Shown: positions 40,501 to 46,305 of the stretch, piece after piece | Layout of the letters: the number at the start of each line of letters is the position of its first letter | Position numbering within the stretch: the first letter of the stretch is position 1 | DNA from: a virus | Strand: one strand, 5' to 3' | Virus record (IMG/VR): IMGVR_UViG_3300035670_000212 | Span: 1 to 61,577 of that record | Length of the DNA stretch: 61,577 bases | Position numbers and translations under genes: made by a program | Notes under the pieces: model-generated | Databases searched by the model: none | Told to the model about the DNA's origin: nothing | What the model saw: the letters and a program-made list of their open reading frames with translations, nothing else

Positions 40501-41246
40501 CGATGCTTGACTTCATGCTGGGAATCATGCCAACGAATGCCCAGATTCTTCTTCGTTCGGCCAATAATCGCAGTGCATTCGGTTCGGAAATCGTGCCGGA
40601 ATCCGACAACACCAAGGACCAGCCTGACAATTTCAAGATGAACCGGGCGACCAAAGGCACCGTCTACGACCGCGCTGCTCAAGTGATCGCCAGCGGCAAG
40701 CTGCCCGTACTGGACAAGACCATCGGCGAAACTTTCGGCAACCGCAAGTATGCAAACGACTGGTCCAAGATCAGTCCCGAAACTCTCAAGATGCTCTGGG
40801 GTACGGCAGCGGGCGGGCTGGGCAACTTCGTGGCCGACTCGGCGGGCCTTGGTGTATTGGCGAAGGAAGGTGCGCAGCAGATCATTAGTGACGACGTGCC
40901 AGTGCTAAAAGCGTTCTACAAGACGAATGACTCCAAGCCACTGCGCAACCGCTTCTACGAGCTTGCCGATGAGTCCAAGCGACTTGATGCGCAGGTCAAG
41001 CAGGCTATCAAGCAAGGTGACGAACTGGCCGCCCGAGACATCATGCAAGGCGACGATGCGATCTTCTGGGCGCTGGTCGAGGCAAATGAGGCGACACGCA
41101 AAATCACGGCACTTCGAGCGGAGCAGGCTGTTGCTATCAACGCGGATAAAACCCTGTCCGTTCCTGAGAAGCGCGCAAAGCTGAAGGAGCTTGACGCACT
41201 GATGGAGCAGGACTACCGCAAAGCAATTAGTAACTTCAGGCCGTAA
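31506..41246 (+). CDS. Giant polyvalent virion (ejected) protein, 3246 codons as one open frame
   Basis: Uninterrupted frame. Contains an SLT domain, a Gly-rich hydrophobic region, three ART-like modules, a GNAT-like Q..G.G segment, an HExxH peptidase motif and a long C-terminal domain. The start (GTG 31506 after GAGG) is uncertain. 33.89-34.62 kb looks like an out-of-frame insert. Confidence 0.75.
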   Translation: MATISPFLKSPFQELIDRQEPQPMPGSDPVVNVEMPQIEAAPVVQAVPQPEPQTFAPKSGKKASLAPPPELRPLFAATAEHFGVPENVLMAIAQQESSYNANAVNKETGASGIAQYMGATAKALGINALDPNEAIPNTARQIRERLDNGASLEDAIKEHFAGPNRKLWGSKTAAYGKEVLAKAEQIGAELYGEAPQQAEPEKQNAFAADRMARAEYEANFKAMNPKASPDALAAVMAQYDEQASARTKAKANSVQDRFNKLKSPEAMFDERLNAKLQAKNRGVAQVAPERQQPVDVNSVTHERPGVMEQAQGDFGRGISNLKALGYGVGGLVAEQMGNDEAATRMLDEYVAIQDDIAKNNPATIGTYKNVKSLGDAGRYAVEAVAENLPMLLPSLVTGGIGAQIGKKAAERVVAGMIETQVAKGVAREVAEKQAAQFVAKRIMQGSIAGAAPASIGMESGSIMGDIYQETGEKRPGLALAGGIPAGLLDTIQPVMALRKIAGPVVDEVAGGIVKRMGREAGLQFLTEAGTEGLQTVIEEFAAAKAANRDMSTDHIIDAMLKGGIGGGVMGVASQGVNEARGAIKGRPAASPPPGQIDAALQKNQQVSATPTRPAGPLTTALSSAANVQADDEGFTAQVLGDDGQMYTLDSRTGVVAPAEPAAPSGPLEAAISDAAEQHAADPAPAPIQPEAEPAAPDYTAMALPDLQARLKDIAEQAKASPQARQQLMPERKQIEQAVNAKLKEAKEASKPAEEPLAAGPFEDIKAANRMMLRFVESTGTPHEVVGEEKTGYKVRKLSGSVVEYGHEKIPATNRNRSDLNVRNVEVDPTQMLRQGRYQLPQVRGAGDRDVSALEGKLPPVRKGRGGAPEQGIHDGSNRREEGLLSGERALGDQKGASAESVKQRPSDIQRENASGGRVGAGDGDVAGNSDGSTQEGLDDRARPNGARSKKDAKAQVKPQPTPHSEANDGIDAAAQGRTDGLGRSGGTADPVRVSDDGAGQPSGIVPGAKPDGAARGRGTDAATDRTGADVAANADQALSDDTRPKVNPYANRRFSAPEKGEAFIDKEGIDRNHFEVVQTGPARWQVLPRLPKSDAAEVKTNVPERQEVPEEAPVARGEESAQQGAAAGSEAAGAGKAAAPAAPAVAGKPKRPLYQREITNAKQEEAVRKAAESLAARKAKKDGGTKLADKDGKPLVVYHGSTEKLPAKMRSGEPVYVTTDRGYADSFNPLREGETASFTADIRNPYYATEQGEIDGIKYSKEAIAKLKEQGYDGAIYKGGKGPQQALVFDADQLTRVAEPQQAAAEQPPAPTAAPAYRLPEDVGTDWRRAEALDFEPDARQKIVMDAVEKALANGVFYNRDMDEKVAEALGVGADVRSRKNSGTEGGDFGYDVYMARKAVEAKQRHAEIARVQAEQNFKAGDVLGTLIFNDFKVNTGVTVEAVNGDQIKLRGKRGAYSVTMETGPTNIKYAIERAHEKGKRKDSYEEFIASRNEAAPAKPKRKPAAKKAAPEQAEEAEGVRYSVSGDIGAVSHLRDGIGAPVRVESVDENFGTGTAFVVEFDNATVQMSVREESDGIYVIGLQAKQPGDLTKPVRGTGRGREIMESLKQYADQTGKPLNIMGVTEGGANFWRSLPWLHPSPVSLEMAGDMQTDERGFIYQPQGVRYSVSGDVTDSPAFRRWFEGSAVVDSGGKPLMVFHGTDQDFNSFAKEKLGEATGAQSAAQGFFFVSRPDVATSYANYAAMQAPVRRELLQSERAEKRGDWDGYDAALQRAEELESEIADRPQRGQNVLPVYLSIKNPAIMDAEGELFMSIQDKINAFIKVAKRKGHDGVILRNLDDDPNFSDRVGDHYIAFQPEQIKSAIGNNGEFSPDNPDIRYSAAAMVEDALPAVSPFIQALADAGAIELHADASTLPVKGRVPQGVQALTTADGRIHVVASALNSNAKGIVLHEAFHAGGKALVGSKAWSDLMARLGSLYRQYEKSGGAARTFWDKARARVATAKAKGAVADGMEHEEFGAYAIEEYENAPLTVRKWVDDLLGAVKAWALRRFGRQLGQVTPAQLSALAKLALLDVQSSRAQEAFSTDDRRAEDRGTEDRRQTVQFEGERRPIENSRGTLIAEDMNKQLAFYRWFKDSQVVDEQQRPRVVFHGTNVDFDAFKSDKTGSSWDAGKLGKGFYFSTDPRLASSYATNARAKSRDDAPSIMPVYLSIQNPLEIGPLDWQAGENLWDKLRDFSEQAGIDIDPVSDPDSNQPNPEWSEPFRDALKRFGYDGVMLKFSDGHQELVAFDPEQIKSSVGNSGSFSSDTTDIRYSVAGDPQPRELTPDNQSLLRRVQEVGQDRMNRINQIQKTIEREFGVEIAEGDDTYLKDTNRPGKVSARQEDGEDRLLKPMVKKLADSGYKLSDLEELLHAMHAKERNAYVATINPKHDPDSPEYEGTQGSGMNDDKAERIIEKYEGAAELHQIANQARAIAKRTLDLQLEYQLINKETHERLTKTYEYYVPLKGDGEYGVKIKRAMGHGERDENILEHLSRDYNQVIAKGERNLVVQSLIRLALKFPDDSTWTVRVPPKGRYVAGKVYNIVHVGPGAPTNGETVASFESHSQVTAWLEAKGAEARHYKVLDSNGEQVVEFTKPLQDNEVMGYIQGDAVRMQIHDEALARQIRPLDVKQLNMFVRGLAKIHRWYATVYTAYSPTFIFTNVIRDAGSGTINMLGNYGAGVAAEAWLKHYAKASAALLYWSKSHNAPQGKTGQYLNEYRAQGGKTGAAHMSDLEQQRESFQRMYDDAYGAFKYAKDGRVDKAALIAARKTVMGLAKTIEMANVATENSLRLALFITLRERGVSPGKAAAAAKNVTVNFDRKGTATGFISAFYLFFNPRVQGAANALRTLTSGKHKYQAWTALGMMATAGYFMAAAGMDEDKDRWLGTKWDTRSKKLIFFNGDKTIEVPVTQEYAPAMAAGVALAEVVRGESPTKSGARLMASIADAYVPIDVAHPDSDNPMLDFMLGIMPTNAQILLRSANNRSAFGSEIVPESDNTKDQPDNFKMNRATKGTVYDRAAQVIASGKLPVLDKTIGETFGNRKYANDWSKISPETLKMLWGTAAGGLGNFVADSAGLGVLAKEGAQQIISDDVPVLKAFYKTNDSKPLRNRFYELADESKRLDAQVKQAIKQGDELAARDIMQGDDAIFWALVEANEATRKITALRAEQAVAINADKTLSVPEKRAKLKELDALMEQDYRKAISNFRP
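31730..32080 (+). other. Lytic transglycosylase (SLT) domain of the giant protein (approximate bounds)
   Basis: ...VLMAIAQQESSYNANAVNKETGASGIAQYMGATAK... carries the catalytic E-S and the AQ.M signature. Confidence 0.8.
33922..34374 (+). CDS. Homing-endonuclease-like DNA-binding protein (150 aa), nested out of frame in the giant ORF
   Basis: ...TWRSIRRRCYDKGDTSYHKYGALGIEMYQPWRESYHQFVRDVGERPSKEYTMDRIDGKKGYFPGNVRWATRKEQAQNR...GWTTERAL matches the free-standing phage family usually annotated HNH/AP2-like (from memory). Confidence 0.65.
   Translation: MKKYPPPTGIAATLTFVTWRSIRRRCYDKGDTSYHKYGALGIEMYQPWRESYHQFVRDVGERPSKEYTMDRIDGKKGYFPGNVRWATRKEQAQNRSSNVLLTFNGKTQVAVEWAREMGMLPVTLMARLRKGWTTERALTEPVAKRTPKPK
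34408..34620 (+). CDS. Small acidic protein (70 aa), nested, same frame as 33922
   Basis: GAGG, 6 nt, then ATG 34408. Strong G/C third-position bias in this frame. Confidence 0.45.
   Translation: MESTLLHKEELMDSDEAAELLIQYGFRTTEQVNHLESCLAQNLMALPEDAELTLQLIELVQMSPPTLTKH
35076..35387 (+). other. ART-like module 1 of the giant protein (approximate)
   Basis: KPLVVYHGST...VYVTTDRGYADSF...DIRNPYY...QGYDGAIY...ALVFDADQL. Paralogous to modules 2 and 3. Confidence 0.5.
36576..37145 (+). other. ART-like module 2 (approximate)
   Basis: KPLMVFHGTDQDFNSF...GFFFVSRPDVATSYA...LPVYLSIKNP...GHDGVIL...IAFQPEQIKSAIGNNGEFSPDNPDIRYS. Confidence 0.55.
37356..37370 (+). other. HExxH zinc-metallopeptidase motif (HEAFH) in the giant protein
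   Basis: ...AKGIVLHEAFHAGGKAL... Confidence 0.6.
37929..38444 (+). other. ART-like module 3 (approximate)
   Basis: RPRVVFHGTNVDFDAF...GFYFSTDPRLASSYA...MPVYLSIQNP...GYDGVML...VAFDPEQIKSSVGNSGSFSSDTTDIRYS. Confidence 0.55.
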
Positions 41247-41359
41247 GTGCGATGCCGCATGGACGAATTGCGTGCCATGCGGCAAATATTTATGGAACGC
41301 AAGGTTACTTTGGAGATACAATCGCGGCATATTCCTACAAACCAACCAGGCACGCGCCC

Positions 41360-41620
41360 ATGTCCAAATTCAGCCTTGCCGAGCACGGCAGCAGTTTGTT
41401 TTCCCTCGACGGCATGCGCCATGCTGTCGAGTCCGCTGCCAGCAATCCCAAGGTCGCTACCATCGTGGCGGGAACATCGGTGGGCATGGGCTACAAGTCC
41501 TCGGCCATGATCGAAACTGTTATCGGGCAAGTAACGCTGGTCGTCGGCTGCATTACTGCCGTCATCGTGATGGTCATTCAGGGCATCAAGCTGGCGCGCA
41601 TGCTCAAGGGTAAAGAATGA
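41360..41620 (+). CDS. Holin candidate (86 aa)
   Basis: Two hydrophobic helices (VATIVAGTSVGMGY, VTLVVGCITAVIVMVIQGI) and a charged tail KLARMLKGKE. ATGA overlap with the endolysin gene. The start is uncertain (ATG 41252 or 41360). Confidence 0.6.
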   Translation: MSKFSLAEHGSSLFSLDGMRHAVESAASNPKVATIVAGTSVGMGYKSSAMIETVIGQVTLVVGCITAVIVMVIQGIKLARMLKGKE

Positions 41621-42162
41621 GCATCGACCAGATGATAGACGCCCTGATTGCTCGTGAGGGTGGTTATGTCAACAGCCCGGACGATTTGGGTTCGGAGACA
41701 AATTTTGGCGTGACTAAAGCTGTCGCCCGCGCCTATGGCTACGTCGGCGACATGCGCGTCATGCCGCGCGCCGTGGCGGTCAACATCTACCGTAAGAAGT
41801 ATTTCACCGAGCCGAAATTCGACCGCGTGTACGCACTCTCCCAGCGCATCGCCGAGGAAATGTTCGACACGGGCGTCAACATGGGTGTTGCGCACCCTGC
41901 GCCCTGGCTGCAACGCATCCTGAACGCCTTGAACCGTAAGCAGGGTGACTACCCGGACATCAAGGTGGACGGCGACATTGGACCAGCCACCGTCGCCAGC
42001 TTGCGCGCGCTGCTCAACAAGCGCGGCGCGGACGGCGAGAAGGCGATTCTGCGCCTGCTGAATTGCCTGCAAGGCGTGCGCTACCTGGACATCACCGAAG
42101 CCCGTGAGGCCAACGAGACCTTCTTGTTTGGCTGGATCATGAACCGACTGGAGATTTGCTGA
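41617..42162 (+). CDS. Endolysin, GH108 lysozyme-like with a C-terminal PG_binding_3-type domain
   Basis: ...LIAREGGYVNSPDDLGSETNFGVT... matches the GH108 EGGY...G..T.yG motif. ...VDGDIGPATVASL... matches the peptidoglycan-binding repeat. Confidence 0.8.
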   Translation: MSIDQMIDALIAREGGYVNSPDDLGSETNFGVTKAVARAYGYVGDMRVMPRAVAVNIYRKKYFTEPKFDRVYALSQRIAEEMFDTGVNMGVAHPAPWLQRILNALNRKQGDYPDIKVDGDIGPATVASLRALLNKRGADGEKAILRLLNCLQGVRYLDITEAREANETFLFGWIMNRLEIC

Positions 42163-42683
42163 TGGCTCCCCTCATCCCAATTGCAATGCAGCTGGCGCAG
42201 TTCGTGCCGGGCATCATCGCCATGCTGTCGGGAAGTGATAAGGCGGGCGAAGTCGCGGGCAAGGTTGTCGAAATCGCGCAGACCATCACCGGCGCGGAAA
42301 CCCCTGAAGCGGCAGTGGCCGCTATTCAGGCCGATCCCGCCAAGATGCTGGAGTTCCAGTTGGCGATGGAGTCGATGAAGCTGGAGCGCGACAAGGCATA
42401 CCTGAACGACACGCAGGACGCGCGCCGCCGTGATGCTGAACTTGCCAAGTCAGGTATCGTGAACTACCGCGCCAACGTCATCGCGGCCTGCGCCATCCTG
42501 ATCGTCCTTATCTGCCTGTTCGTCGTCATTCTCAACTCCGAAGCAAACGACTTCGTCAAGGGCATCGTTGGTTTGATCCTTGGCCGTGCGCTTGGCTGGG
42601 TTGAGCAAATCTTCAGCTTTGAGTTCGGAACGACCCGGACCAGCAAAGACAAAGACAACACCATCTCCAACCTTACCAAGTGA
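42162..42683 (+). CDS. 3TM holin-family membrane protein (GTA-type holin-like)
   Basis: TGATG coupling to the endolysin gene. N-terminal helix, central ...NDTQDARRRDAE... and C-terminal helices (AACAILIVLICLFVVIL, GIVGLILGRALGW) resemble the holin-of-3TMs family. Confidence 0.55.
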   Translation: MAPLIPIAMQLAQFVPGIIAMLSGSDKAGEVAGKVVEIAQTITGAETPEAAVAAIQADPAKMLEFQLAMESMKLERDKAYLNDTQDARRRDAELAKSGIVNYRANVIAACAILIVLICLFVVILNSEANDFVKGIVGLILGRALGWVEQIFSFEFGTTRTSKDKDNTISNLTK

Positions 42684-43063
42684 CCGCCATGCGATACCTG
42701 CACCCTGATGTCCTCGACAACGGCCCGGCGCACATTCGCGCCAACGCCATCCGCGCGCTGGTCCTGCCGTTCTACACGACCAACTACAGCCAGGCGGTCG
42801 CTTCCGCCCTCGTCACCGCCACCATCGCGCCGTCCGACTTTACCCTGTCGAATGAGGGCACGGGCCGCAAGATGGTCTTCGGCGGCGTTACCGAGCAGGC
42901 TACGGGCGGCATCGCCCTGAGTAACAACGTGCACATCGCCTACACAGATGGCAGTGCGCGCCTGCTGTGGGTCGAGGGCGTGCAGCCGTCCGTCATCATC
43001 GCGGGCCAGAACTACAAGCTTCCCGTGCAAACCTTGATTTCCCCGCAGCCTCAAGAGCAATAG
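42680..43063 (+). CDS. Hypothetical protein (127 aa)
   Basis: GTGA overlap at 42680 (ATG 42689 is the alternative). Listed in the ORF track. Confidence 0.5.
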   Translation: MTAMRYLHPDVLDNGPAHIRANAIRALVLPFYTTNYSQAVASALVTATIAPSDFTLSNEGTGRKMVFGGVTEQATGGIALSNNVHIAYTDGSARLLWVEGVQPSVIIAGQNYKLPVQTLISPQPQEQ

Positions 43064-43071
43064 GACCAACA

Positions 43072-46000
43072 ATGGCAATCCGAATGAATCCGGAGCTGGC
43101 GGCCATCCTTGCCGCCGCCGACTCGCAGTACGAGCAAGTACGGCTGCTTGACGCCGCCCTTACCGCCAACAAGCGGATCAAGGCCAAGCGCGTGGCGAAC
43201 TCCTCGACGCCGCAATCGGATGTGTGGGCAACCGGCACCCTGTTCCGTGACGCCGCACTCAACGGCGCTTTCACGTTCCAAGGTGTCGAGATCATCGGCT
43301 ATGGCGTAACGTCCGACTTGACCACTTGCCTTCCAGCCGACGTATCCACCGGCATCTCAGTGATGCGTATTGAGGGTGGCGAGCACTGGATCGAAGGCAG
43401 GTTCGGGCTGCAAGCCGACGCCGAGGGCAACCCCGACATCGATTTCACTTTCCCGACGAATCCAACAGCGACCAACTCGATTGCCATTGCAGGCACGTTC
43501 CGGCTGCGCGCAAACCAGGCGCTGCCGGACGGCACGCCGGACACCATCGCGCCAACCATCACGCTTTCAGTGCCAAGTAATACCGTCACCGTTGCCGGCC
43601 CGTTCGTACTGACCGCCAACGTCAGCGACAACGTGGGGGTGGCGAGCGTGTCGTTCTACTGCAATGGAGCATTGCTGGGCACACGCAACAGCGCGCCGTG
43701 GGCCTATACCGAGACTATTCCGTCGGATCGATTCGGCACCTTCAGCTATACTGCCATCGTTAGCGATGCCGCTGGCAACAGCACTACCAGCGCCGCGCAG
43801 TCCGTCACCGTGGACATCGTCGAAACCGGCCCGGCGACGGCTATTGGTTCCGAACTGACCACGATCAGCATGCAGAACACGGACGCATCCACGCAAACCA
43901 ATATCCCGGTCACGTTCGGCCAGGTATTTTCGGTTGGCGCACTGCCAGCTACCGACGCCGCCGTCGAGCTGCGCGCGCCGAACAATTCCATTGTTCCCTG
44001 TCAGCTGGACGTGAAAGCCACGCACCAGGACGGCTCGGTGCGCCACGCAATCATCTCCGCCGTCCTGCCTTCCCTAGGCGCATCGGAAAGTCGTACCTTC
44101 AGCATCTTGCGCAAGGCCAGCCCGATTGGTGGCGCGGCTGCTATCCCATCGGACTTTTCGGGCCTGAACGCTGTTGCGACCATCGTGGACACCGGCACCG
44201 ATGCGGCGGGTCCCAATGCTGGCACGACCTATACTGCCGATGCTGCTCCGCTGCTGGCGGCGGGCACTTATGAAACATGGCTCTCCGGGCCTGTCGCTTC
44301 AGAGTGGATTGTTCGCGCCCCGTTGAAAACCGATGCGGGCGTTGAACACCCCCACTTACACGCACGCTTCAACATCCGTGCATATAAGGGGCAGGCAAAA
44401 GCAAAAATCGACTACACGATAGAAAATACGTGGGCCAAACCTAAAGCTGTTATGCCAGTTACCGTGGGCGCGTCACCTTGGGAGGACGTTAGCAACCTAG
44501 ACTTGGTGTACGCCGTATCTTTGCACGCTGGAACCCAAGAGGTATATACACGCGCTTCCAATGGGTACACCGTTGCCCGATTTAACTATAACAGTAACGG
44601 CACTTACGATGGTAATGCAACAGGTATCCCAAACAATGCCACTGTTTACACCGCCACGATTATTGTTGACGGAGTGTCCAAGTCCATTTCAGTTGTGGGA
44701 AGCAGTATCCAAACTTACGGCGCTTTGATTTCGCAACTCAACACCCAGCTCGGCGGCGCTGCCACCGTAAACCGTGATGCGTCAAATTTGGGCATCAAGA
44801 TCACTTCTGCAACAACAGGGGCGAACTCGTCTGTCATTGTAAATCGAGGGACGCTATTCCCTGCACTTATGCACGATGTTATTTATCGACCGATTCGTGG
44901 CGATGAAATCATCCACTACAGCCGTACCCGCTGGAAGAAGACATTATGGTGGAATACCACGGCTCCTGCTGTACATATTGCTCATAACACACAATATTTG
45001 ATCTCCACCAAGGCCGTACCGAATTATGATCCGACACTTACAGGTTCGCCTGAAACCATTGCCGCGAACAAGGCCAAGATGGCGGGAAATAGTGATTTCA
45101 ACCAAGCTGGCATCAGCAAGGGGTACTGGCCAGATGTGGGATATGCACCTCAGATCGGAATTTTGCCAGAGTGGCAGGCCATGTACCTCGTCAACGGCGG
45201 CAAGGATGCCAAAGACATTATGTTGGGAATGGCAGACCTAGGCGGAGGTTGGAGTACCCACACGCGTGAATACGATACTGACAAGCCCCTACAACTGTCC
45301 AAGTGGCCCTACGTCACATTCTCCCCCAATGCCACAGATAGCAGAAACCCTGCAACTAACTTGAACGAGAAATTGCCGACGAGTGTAAGTAATCCTGCCA
45401 TTCCGCCATCAGGGAATTCTCCAGACATCGCACACCACCCTGACCTGTATTTTGTCCCGTACCTTGTGACGGGGGATCATTGGTATATGGAGGGCATGGC
45501 TTTCATGAACCGCTATACCTGCCTCGTTACCAATCCGGGCGCAACATTACGAGACGGACGAAAGTGCCTGTGGAGAGTGGAACAGGGGCGTGGACAGGGC
45601 TGGATGATCCGCACGGCAGCACATGCCGCGTACCTTCTGCCAGATAACTACCCTATCCGAGCTGACATCACTTACACGATTCAGGAAAACGCAGAGTGGT
45701 ATCGTGCCAATTACATCGACCCTGCTGGGCAATATCATAACAAACTGGGTGTCATGCACCACAATGGTTTTGGATATGGAGATGGTGTTAGTATCGCTCT
45801 TTGGATGGATGACCACCTCACATCTGCAACAGGCCGAGCAGTGGAGCTGGGCATTAAGCAACTGATGCCATGGTTTGAATTCAAGGCCAAGTGCCCTGTT
45901 GGCCGTATGACTTCCGGCCCGGATTTCTGCTGGCAGCTTGCTACACTGTACAAGTTCGCGGTTAGGGCGCAGGGGGCTACTTCCCCGTATGAGACGTGGG

Positions 46001-46293
46001 GCGAGGTTTATCAGGCATCCATTGACGAATTGATGCGCGCTGCCACTTGCGGATCGCAAGAAATGGCGAATGCAATTTTTGCGGCTGATTCTACGGCGAC
46101 AACTGCCTTGAATTCGATGATTGGCCGACCTGATTATATTGGTGGATACCCTGCTAATTTGCAGCCAGCACTCGCGTACGCAGAAACGCATAAGGTGTCA
46201 AATGCGGATAACGGGTGGCTGGTGTACTCGGGTAGGTCGGTAAAACAGCCGTTCAACCAAGGCCCACAGTTCGCCATTGTTCCCCGCGCTTAA
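43072..46293 (+). CDS. Tailspike / receptor-binding protein with an Ig-like domain and a putative polysaccharide-degrading C-terminal module
   Basis: 1073 aa from ATG 43072. ...APTITLSVPSNTVTVAGPFVLTANVSDNVGVASVSFYCNG... is Ig-like. The lower-GC C-terminal half has ...HHPDLYFVPYLVTGDHWYMEG..., reminiscent of alpha/alpha-toroid lyases (weak). Confidence 0.65.
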   Translation: MAIRMNPELAAILAAADSQYEQVRLLDAALTANKRIKAKRVANSSTPQSDVWATGTLFRDAALNGAFTFQGVEIIGYGVTSDLTTCLPADVSTGISVMRIEGGEHWIEGRFGLQADAEGNPDIDFTFPTNPTATNSIAIAGTFRLRANQALPDGTPDTIAPTITLSVPSNTVTVAGPFVLTANVSDNVGVASVSFYCNGALLGTRNSAPWAYTETIPSDRFGTFSYTAIVSDAAGNSTTSAAQSVTVDIVETGPATAIGSELTTISMQNTDASTQTNIPVTFGQVFSVGALPATDAAVELRAPNNSIVPCQLDVKATHQDGSVRHAIISAVLPSLGASESRTFSILRKASPIGGAAAIPSDFSGLNAVATIVDTGTDAAGPNAGTTYTADAAPLLAAGTYETWLSGPVASEWIVRAPLKTDAGVEHPHLHARFNIRAYKGQAKAKIDYTIENTWAKPKAVMPVTVGASPWEDVSNLDLVYAVSLHAGTQEVYTRASNGYTVARFNYNSNGTYDGNATGIPNNATVYTATIIVDGVSKSISVVGSSIQTYGALISQLNTQLGGAATVNRDASNLGIKITSATTGANSSVIVNRGTLFPALMHDVIYRPIRGDEIIHYSRTRWKKTLWWNTTAPAVHIAHNTQYLISTKAVPNYDPTLTGSPETIAANKAKMAGNSDFNQAGISKGYWPDVGYAPQIGILPEWQAMYLVNGGKDAKDIMLGMADLGGGWSTHTREYDTDKPLQLSKWPYVTFSPNATDSRNPATNLNEKLPTSVSNPAIPPSGNSPDIAHHPDLYFVPYLVTGDHWYMEGMAFMNRYTCLVTNPGATLRDGRKCLWRVEQGRGQGWMIRTAAHAAYLLPDNYPIRADITYTIQENAEWYRANYIDPAGQYHNKLGVMHHNGFGYGDGVSIALWMDDHLTSATGRAVELGIKQLMPWFEFKAKCPVGRMTSGPDFCWQLATLYKFAVRAQGATSPYETWGEVYQASIDELMRAATCGSQEMANAIFAADSTATTALNSMIGRPDYIGGYPANLQPALAYAETHKVSNADNGWLVYSGRSVKQPFNQGPQFAIVPRA

Positions 46294-46305
46294 AAGGGCT
46301 TTTAT

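Noticed and set aside
31506-41246. Giant ORF as an N4-like virion RNA polymerase, suggested by the N4-gp56-type capsid protein.
   Set aside because: I saw no RNA-polymerase-type motifs. The ORF instead has SLT, ART-like repeats, an HExxH motif and polyvalent-protein architecture.
41252-41359. Longer version of the holin ORF starting at ATG 41252, right after the giant gene stop.
   Set aside because: The N-terminal 36 residues (MPHGRIACHAANIYGTQGYFGD...) look non-holin-like. ATG 41360 gives a compact two-helix protein. This remains uncertain, so it is noted in the feature evidence.
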